DNA of 64,000 nucleotides from Vairimorpha necatrix (Eukaryota): NCBI GenBank assembly GCA_036630325.1, contig CP142734.1, positions 992,001 to 1,056,000 of the forward strand, read 5' to 3'. Shown piece by piece: positions 55,896 to 64,000 of this stretch (position 1 is its first letter; each line of letters starts with the position of its first letter). The notes under the pieces were generated by a model. It saw only the letters and a program-made list of their open reading frames with translations, ran no database searches and was not told where the DNA came from. The position numbers and the translations under genes were made by a program.

Positions 55896-57118
55896 AAACA
55901 TACAATCAAAATTTTACACAAGAATATTTCTATGCATAAAAAAATTTAATTTCCGAGTTTTTACGATCATAGATTGAGACTTATAGATCTCAATCAATTA
56001 TTGCGGCATTTTCATACACAAAAAAATAACCTGTTTATTGTCTTAAATATTTTCGATGTTATATATGTCTTATTTTATGTATTGCTTAGCGATTGCGCAA
56101 CAATCGCTTTAAATAAACAGTTGTTCTGAAAATGGTTTTAATAATTAGATTATTACTTAAAATTTTAAAAAAATATATTTTCTTTTTCAAAAGATTTTTA
56201 AAATATTTAGTTTGGTATTTGTAATAAATGTAATGTTTGTTACATAAAAAATTACAAATGACTAATATTATATTATACAAGGTACAACAGACTTCCATGT
56301 TTGGAACGAATTTGAACATAGTATTTTATAAAAACTATTCCAGATATAAAGTCTATTTTAAAAATATCCCACGCATTACTTCTTTGTTCATGGTTACTCA
56401 CTCGCATTGATCACAAGCTTCGATTTAGTTTCTCCTTGCAAACATTCAGAAGAAATGAATATAATGTAGAATTTTTTATGTGAATGGAAACATCAGATGG
56501 AGGCAAAACATAAATGTAACCAAAATTATAATACAAAGTCAAACGTATTTTTGCAATGTTTATTAAAAGTCTTTCATATATTATAAATTTTAAGGTATAA
56601 TTTTGGAAACTAGGTTTTAACAACTAATTATTCTGACTCCATAAGTTATATTAATTTAAACTGTAAGAATAAACGTCACGACACGTGCGATTTATTATTT
56701 AAATGTAAAAAATATACAATATCTTATAATATATAACCAATAAGTCGTATTAATAATATCTACATGAAAAAATCACAATCTTATTGTAGTTTTAACTCTT
56801 AAAACTTATTTTTTAAATATTCAATACGTTTTGAATTTGACATTTTCGCTATTAACATAAAAGTCTATATATATATATATATGAAGTAATTTTTATTATT
56901 ATTATAATTGTATATAATTTGATAAATAACAAAAAGGGGTTTTACAGGTTAGCACATATTCTTACATTATTGCACCAAATATGTTCAATAAGAATACATT
57001 CTATTTATTTGTGATTTGTAGTGATTAAAATGGCTTCTGATATTTTCGTTTTCTATAATAAAACAAAAAAATCCCAATTAAACTAATAGTATCAATTAAG
57101 CAAATAATTAAAATAAAT

Positions 57119-60100
57119 TGTTGGAACAAAACATGGGTTTATTTTTATAAAATTATTTAAAAGAACAGATGTCAAATATATCAACTTGATTATATATTTG
57201 ACATTGACATTGACATTGATATATATTCCTACACTACTTCCCCTTTAAAAGTTTTACATGATTTCGATTCGCTGTAATCGTTCTTCCGTCGTCAAGTAAA
57301 ACACTATACGATTTAAACCTTTTATCCAAGACCGTTCCTTTATCTTGCCATTTTGGTTCCAGTTTCCCTCCTTGGGGCAAAATTAGTCTGTACCATACCC
57401 TGTCACCTACCTTTATTTCTTCCAATTGGAGCGCACCCGTTTTCTCATGTGTTGCATACTCCCCTCTGTATCGTTCTAAATTCTCCTTCGCTCTAGTCCT
57501 AAAGTCTGTTCTATCCATTCTAATATTAATTCCCTCCTGCAGATCCATATGATTAAGAACTAATCCTTGGTGAAATTCTATGGGCGCACAGCCTATGGCA
57601 CGGTGATAGGACTGCATATAGGCTTTATTTACTTTTTTTGCACATTTGGCCCAATCGAACTTGCCAAATTCCGTGATCTTCCTCAGTTTAATTCCTATTG
57701 TTCTGTTAAATCTCTCTATTAATCCTGTGGTGGTCGGACTGTATGGTGATCCGTATTTCCAAGTAAACTGTTTATCTTTTGCATAATCCTCACAGATTCG
57801 ATTTTTAAACTCTCGTCCATTATCTGTTAAAATTGCCTTCGGAATTCCATATTTCTTTATGATGTATCTGTCCACTAAATACACTATTGTGTTCATGTCT
57901 TTTGTATGGATCGGGATAATCTCCCCCGTTTTTGAGAAATGATCTACCATTGTCAGTAGATACCTGTACCCGTCCTCACTCTCCTTGAATGGTCCTACTA
58001 TGTCAATTTCCCAAATCTCACCAATGTTGTTTGCCACCAATGGTACAATATCTTTGAATTGTTTTTGTTCTCTTTCCTGTTGGCAGATTTCGCAGTTCTC
58101 TACAAACTGATCTATATCTTTGTTAATTTCCTTCCATTCATATTTACGTCTCATGTTATATTTCATATTTTTCTTTGAGCCATGGCCCAACATATCGTGG
58201 TAAAATCTGACCAGTTCTAGTCCCCTTTCCCTGTTTATAACTTTCCTTTCTTCAGCAGTGCTTACTGTTTCAATTTTCCTCATCTCTATTTTGAAGTCTC
58301 TACTTAAATGGTCTACATAGTTTGAGGGTCCCGCAATATACTCAATTTCAAAATCATATTCCTGAAGGAGGAGCGACCATCTCGCTAACCTTGCCTTAAT
58401 ATTCCTTGACTTAAAAAGATACTTTAAAGCCTGATGGTCCGTTCTTAAGGTAAACTTTCCCAACAGTAGATATTCTCTGAAGTGTTGAAATGCTTTGACT
58501 ACAGCCAATAGCTCCTGTTCTGTTGTAGAATAATTTTTTTCCGCTTTCGTGTGCAAAGAACTAAAGTATGCTACCATTTTTTCCTCTCCTTCTATTACCT
58601 GGGATAGCATGGCTCCACTTCCTTCATTTGACGCGTCCGTCGTCAAAATGAATTTATCTCTCGTATTTGGGATAGTCAATAATGTCGCTTTATTCACAGC
58701 TGCCTTTAACGCTTCTATGGCTTCGATAAACTGCCTGTTTTCTGATGCCCTTTTCCAAAATTTGATTTCCTCTTCCTTTTTCAACTTAATGATCCTATAC
58801 AATGGGCTTACTATCTTATGACTGTCTTTTATAAATTTCGAACAGTAATTATATAGCCCCAACAATGATTGCAATTTCTTTTTGTTTTTTGGAATCGGCA
58901 ATTCCTCAATACTCTTTATCCTTTCTGTGTCGATCCTAACTCCTTCCTTCGAGATCACATGCCCCAAGATTTTAAGTTCTTTCTTATTAAATTCACACTT
59001 TTTCTCATTCAGCTTTACTCCAGCATTTACCAACTTCTCCATAACCAGCCTAACATGCGCTTGATGTTCCTCGAACGTTCTACTATAGACCAAGATATCA
59101 TCCATATAAACAACCACAAATTTGTATAAAAACTCTCTCAGTATGTTATTCATTGCTCTCTGAAATGTGGCTGGCCCGTTTACTAGACCGAAAGGCATCT
59201 TTACAAATTCAAAAAGTCCTTCTCTGCATGCAAAGGCAGTCTTCTCAATATCCTTTGGAGCCATATTGATCTGGTGATATCCCGATTCTGCATCCATCTT
59301 AGTAAAATAACTTGCACCCTCTAGTGCATCAATAAACTCATCCACTCTAGGCATGGGGTATGCATCCTTAATCGTAATATCATTAAGCCGCCTGTAATCT
59401 ATACACAATCTATATCCTCCATCTTTTTTTGGTACTACAATCACTGGACTTCGCCAAGCACTCTCACTTGGCCGTATCACCCCCAGCTCAAGGTATTCTT
59501 TTATTATTTTAGATGCCTCTTTTTCTTTCGTTCCGCCTAATTTATATAGCTGAGCCATGACTGGCTCACTATCTCCCGTGTTAATCCTATGATATCCAAT
59601 TGCATTTCCTTTAAGGATTTGTCCCGACTCCATGTTGACCTTTCCATTTCCAAATCTTAGGTCAACTTCATATTTGTCCAATAATGTCCATCCTACTATG
59701 CACGGCATGGTGATGTCCCGTGTTACAATAAATTCGTCTTCAAATATGTATCCTTCTATTTTTATTTTCAGCATCGTTTTCCCTATGATTCTTATCTGTG
59801 ACCCGTTAGCCGCCTGTAATTGAAGATTATCTCTAGTCAATCTTGTTTTGTCTTCAAGGTGTTCCGGCCTAATCAAATTAACTTCTGCACCTGTATCTAA
59901 TAATACCTTAAACGGTCGTTTACTGTTCTCAAGTGTAGCCAACTTAACAGTGGATCGATTACTTCTGCTATTTAATAACCTATAATTAAAAATAAATTTA
60001 TTCAAGTCCTCTTCTTCCACATCTATCTCATCATTCCCTTGTGGTATACTAACCTCTCTAACTTGTTTTTTCACCTTAGAGCTTTTCCTTAAACTGTTAA

Positions 60101-60851
60101 AACGACATTGAGAGACCACATGTCCTTGCTCGCTACAGATCAAACATCTAATTTTTGAATAGCTTGATTTTTTACTATTAACTTTGTTTCTTATTGCTTC
60201 GACTTTAACTTCTTGACCGTATGAGGATGCTATCTGGTTTCGCTCGGTTTCTCTCGTATCCTTAATATTCTTTAATGAATCATAGATGTATTTCCACGTA
60301 AGGCCCTCTTTGTTGTTAATAAGCACGATGTTAGCTAGATTATTCGGCAGACCATTCAATGTAAACGCTACCAGGACTTGTTCTGGTACATTTCCTTTCC
60401 TCGCTATGGCACCCATTCTGTCGAGATAGTTCAGAATAGATCCACCTGTATACTTCAATGCTGCAAGCTTTTCCAAACTAATCTTCAGAATCATATTACT
60501 GACAAATCTCTCCCTGAATCTATCTATTAGTTCACCCAAGTCTAGCCCTACTGGTTGGGCCATTATCCAATCTTTTGCTTCTTCCCTAAGAGACATCTTG
60601 AATGTAAGTAACAGCTTACCCTCGCTGTACTCATTCAACCTGCCCACTTCCATCAAGTCCTCTATGAACTGTTGTGGGTCGTCTTTCTCTTCATTTCTGA
60701 AGATGAGAAGAATATTTTTGTCGCTTGTCGCCAAATTGTTGGAACAAAACATGGGTTTATTTTTATAAAATTATTTAAAAGAACAGATGTCAAATATATC
60801 AACTCGATTATATATTTGACATTGACATTGACATTGATATATATTCCTACA
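57119..60851 (-). mobile_element. full-length Ty3/gypsy LTR retrotransposon, 3733 bp
   Basis: 115-bp LTRs (57119-57233, 60737-60851; one mismatch) with TG...CA termini; TSD TAAAT (57114-18, 60852-56); PBS TGGCGACAA; PPT AAAGGGGAAGTAG. Confidence 0.97.
57234..60752 (-). CDS. Gag-Pol polyprotein (Gag, zinc knuckle, protease, RT, RNase H, integrase)
   Basis: CLICSEQGHVVSQC; LLDTGA; MPFGL...YMDDIL; LTTDAS...TDHQAL; H..GH...CEIC; EIDIVGP, TDNGREF, IERFNR. Domain order PR-RT-RH-IN indicates Ty3/gypsy. Confidence 0.97.
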   Translation of the reverse strand: MFCSNNLATSDKNILLIFRNEEKDDPQQFIEDLMEVGRLNEYSEGKLLLTFKMSLREEAKDWIMAQPVGLDLGELIDRFRERFVSNMILKISLEKLAALKYTGGSILNYLDRMGAIARKGNVPEQVLVAFTLNGLPNNLANIVLINNKEGLTWKYIYDSLKNIKDTRETERNQIASSYGQEVKVEAIRNKVNSKKSSYSKIRCLICSEQGHVVSQCRFNSLRKSSKVKKQVREVSIPQGNDEIDVEEEDLNKFIFNYRLLNSRSNRSTVKLATLENSKRPFKVLLDTGAEVNLIRPEHLEDKTRLTRDNLQLQAANGSQIRIIGKTMLKIKIEGYIFEDEFIVTRDITMPCIVGWTLLDKYEVDLRFGNGKVNMESGQILKGNAIGYHRINTGDSEPVMAQLYKLGGTKEKEASKIIKEYLELGVIRPSESAWRSPVIVVPKKDGGYRLCIDYRRLNDITIKDAYPMPRVDEFIDALEGASYFTKMDAESGYHQINMAPKDIEKTAFACREGLFEFVKMPFGLVNGPATFQRAMNNILREFLYKFVVVYMDDILVYSRTFEEHQAHVRLVMEKLVNAGVKLNEKKCEFNKKELKILGHVISKEGVRIDTERIKSIEELPIPKNKKKLQSLLGLYNYCSKFIKDSHKIVSPLYRIIKLKKEEEIKFWKRASENRQFIEAIEALKAAVNKATLLTIPNTRDKFILTTDASNEGSGAMLSQVIEGEEKMVAYFSSLHTKAEKNYSTTEQELLAVVKAFQHFREYLLLGKFTLRTDHQALKYLFKSRNIKARLARWSLLLQEYDFEIEYIAGPSNYVDHLSRDFKIEMRKIETVSTAEERKVINRERGLELVRFYHDMLGHGSKKNMKYNMRRKYEWKEINKDIDQFVENCEICQQEREQKQFKDIVPLVANNIGEIWEIDIVGPFKESEDGYRYLLTMVDHFSKTGEIIPIHTKDMNTIVYLVDRYIIKKYGIPKAILTDNGREFKNRICEDYAKDKQFTWKYGSPYSPTTTGLIERFNRTIGIKLRKITEFGKFDWAKCAKKVNKAYMQSYHRAIGCAPIEFHQGLVLNHMDLQEGINIRMDRTDFRTRAKENLERYRGEYATHEKTGALQLEEIKVGDRVWYRLILPQGGKLEPKWQDKGTVLDKRFKSYSVLLDDGRTITANRNHVKLLKGK

Positions 60852-63800
60852 TAAATATCAAACCATATTTATTATCTCACTAAATTTATTTATTCGGTAT
60901 ACTTTATTCAGAAATTTATATATAATTATTGTAAATTGTATTCGTAAGTCAATAAATTGATTCTAATTTTTTACAACTATTTCCACATTCTTTACAAAAT
61001 TTTAATGCCTAAATGCAATTAATAAACTTACCACTTGGTATTTTCTAACTCGAATTATTTAAATGTAATGCTCACAATATTTTTGAGACACATAAAACAA
61101 TTTTGATTTATTCAATAAAGCGCCTTTTCCAAAAAAATAATTACAATGCTTTTCCATACTTATTCTTTAAATAATGCATTCTAATCCTGTATTCTATGAT
61201 ACCAAAATAAGTCCAATTATAGCTTTGCAACAAGCCACATAGATTAGTAATTAAATTGAAGATCGAAAATTAAACGGAAATCTTATGAAAATTGTTAACT
61301 TTTCCGTGAAAAAAGTTTGTTAAACAAAAATATGAATAAATAAATCAAAATTTTTTCATGTATAAATTTATGCAAAAAAAATATAAGCAATTAATTTATC
61401 TTAGATTAAAATTTAATCTATTTAAAACGCAAATTATACGATCATGATTAGCAATTTTTATATTTTTAATCGATTTTGTGGTCTTTTATAAAATTTTAGA
61501 TACTTAGTATAATTGCATGTTTAGGATTGTACTATTTATGCAAATTATTTATCAATGCAATAGTTACTTAAATTTGGGGGCAATAAACAAAATGTAGTGT
61601 CTAAATCCGCCTAATATACTTATAAATAAATTTTTAACACCAGATTGGTCTGATATAGTACTTCGTTTTGATTATAACCTTTCCTAAAAAATTTAGATAG
61701 GATTGCAAATCTTTGGAAAGCTTATTTCTTATATCCGTACTTTGCTATTGTTTTGTTTTTTGTTTATAGTAAAAAAATTAAATTTAATAAATAAATGTAA
61801 TAAAAGAAAAATATCTAATAAAAAATCTTTAAAGCAAATTGTATACCTAAGAATTTCTCATTTATGACTAAAAAGTCTTTCTAAGTTACTAAATAAGTTA
61901 ATGTGTTTTTAGTTTTTAAAGCTATACATGCTTGTATAAGTTTTAAATTGCTCAAACAAGAGTTTTGCGAACCAGTTATTTATCAAAAAATCTTTTTGTG
62001 CCATTCTAATTAATTCAAAAGTTAAATATAAAAAATCTCTTTAATAAATTTATTCTTTTTTTTATTCCTTTTTATCCATGAACAATTCATTATCTTAAAA
62101 TTCTTTTTTTTGTTATTAAATTACAATAAAAATATAAATTATAAATGTTTCCTATCAAGAAAATTAAAAATAAATGTATTTTACTTTTGTGTAACGTTGA
62201 TAAGAAAGACAGTAGAGAAATAATGATGGTCTATTATACCCTAATATTTAAATTCTATCTAATTACATGAGTACATATTTATACACGATAAAAATTTGGA
62301 TACTTTTTATTTTTTTATATAAACTATTAGTTTGTTTTATTTTGTACAAATTGATATAAAGCTAATTAAAATATGTTTGAAGGACGTTAAATTGCAAAGA
62401 ATGGAAAATAACAAGCTACAAGTTTTTATAAAGCTTTTTTAAAAATTTAATGACTAATAAACATAGAAATTAATCTAAGATTTTTTCAGCTAAAAACAAT
62501 AAAATATTTACATCTAGCGATTTTTATTACATAATATTTCGCAGATTCTTTATTATTTGTAATATTTTTTTTATTTCTTTTGGCCATATACTTGCCAATT
62601 TCATTTAATTATTGTTGTATATAAGAATAAGAAACTATTAAATTACATTATATTAATAAATTTATTTATACAATAAAAAATTGGGTAGCTTTCTAACTGA
62701 TTGTATTATAAAATATACAATCACAATCTTCTCGGGAATTATATAAATACAATAAGGAATCATTGAAGCACGATGTCTATTTATTTATGTTAATTGCATC
62801 ATTGACTTGATCTAGTTATATTTTTTCAAAAAAATTAAATAATATAACTAATTTAATTTTATATCAAAATTTATATTCTAATTTTATTACCGAATGAAAA
62901 AACATAAAATTAAAAATTATAATTTTCCCCAATAGAAAAATGCATCTTGTACTAATAATATATTGTTTATATAAAAATTTGAATTTTTTTTGCATCATTT
63001 AAGCTGTTATAAAATTTATATTATACTATGACAGGACAAACATCCTTCAATTTTTTCGGACAAAAAACTGAAATTTATAAATCCTCGAATAGATTTACCG
63101 TAAAATTAAACATGTAAGCTGTATAAATATGCACAAAACAAACATATTATGATTTTATATGATGTTTTGAAATTTATTATATTATACACTATAATAACTC
63201 CAACTGTATGTATTTTTGCAACTAGAAAAATTAATTTTCAAAATTTACATTTAAACAATCCCCTATACATTATTTATTTTAAAAATAATTTTTATATCTG
63301 ATTGATTTCAGGTTGTTAAATATTGTGAGGCGATTTCTCATTCTTGCATTTTTTTTTATATAATTAAAAATATATCTAAAACAAATTGTTCTTAGTAGAA
63401 TTTTGTTTATTATATTGAGATCAGAAATGTATAATTTAATTTTGCTATCTTTATTTGGTATCTTTTTATTAACAAAAGAAAATCGAACAGTTCCGCGCAA
63501 TACTAACATATATTAGACGGAGTTTTAAATTTTAGTACTATTAATGAAAGTCTAATCGTTTGAACCGGAAGAAAAACAAATTATAAATCAAAAAAAACAA
63601 CACAATCACTTTAAATAATTAGTTTTTTCACATTTTCTATATTTAAATATATAAATATTTTATTTACTTGAACATGACTTCTTCTTCTTCTTATTCTTTA
63701 TTATGTATATCTATTGTGCCTTATACGATTATATCACAATGAATATGTGTATAAGTAAGTTATAATGTTAGTAATAAATAAATAAAGAAAATATAAGTAT

Positions 63801-64000
63801 ACAAATATATAAAATCAATCTATGAATAAAAAATAATTATTTAATGATCTTTTTTTTTATAAAGACTTATGCACGTTTAAAAGATAAAAAATAGATTTTC
63901 TTACTCCTCGAACATATAATCAATATTTATATTCTAAATAAATAATTAATTTTTTAATAAGGAAAGATAAATAAGAATACATAAACTATTATAAGTTTTT

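Noticed and set aside
34997..63509. Scattered 60-80 aa ORFs in the gene-poor region (34997, 40858, 41476, 42031, 56086, 56411, 63279)
   Set aside because: No CCC start context or motifs, and composition typical of random AT-rich sequence.

Overview
AT-rich, intron-poor eukaryotic DNA, most consistent with a microsporidian of the Nosema/Vairimorpha type. This is an inference from compact genes, CCC motifs just upstream of many start codons and a cluster of microsporidia-type zinc-ribbon genes. The window has two compartments. About 0.8-33.9 kb is gene-dense housekeeping DNA: tRNA-Leu(UAA), a kinesin with a WD40 tail, Sar1, two GID/CTLH-like subunits, a Rad21/Rec8 kleisin, NTE1-like patatin, an ATM1-like ABC transporter, a Skt5-like Sel1 protein, an M1 aminopeptidase, a GDP-mannose transporter and EB1. 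A young 2.3-kb non-autonomous LTR element interrupts it. About 34-64 kb is gene-poor accessory DNA: frameshifted secreted-family genes, a HECT E3 ligase with a signal-peptide-like N-terminus, and a 4.7-kb stack of nine divergent ~520-bp non-autonomous Helitron-like elements (eight head-to-tail, one nested at an A|T site). It also holds a Mutator-like transposon flanked by a 79-bp direct duplication, a long-TIR MITE, and a compact intact Ty3/gypsy element with 115-bp LTRs. All calls are by eye; no database searches were run.
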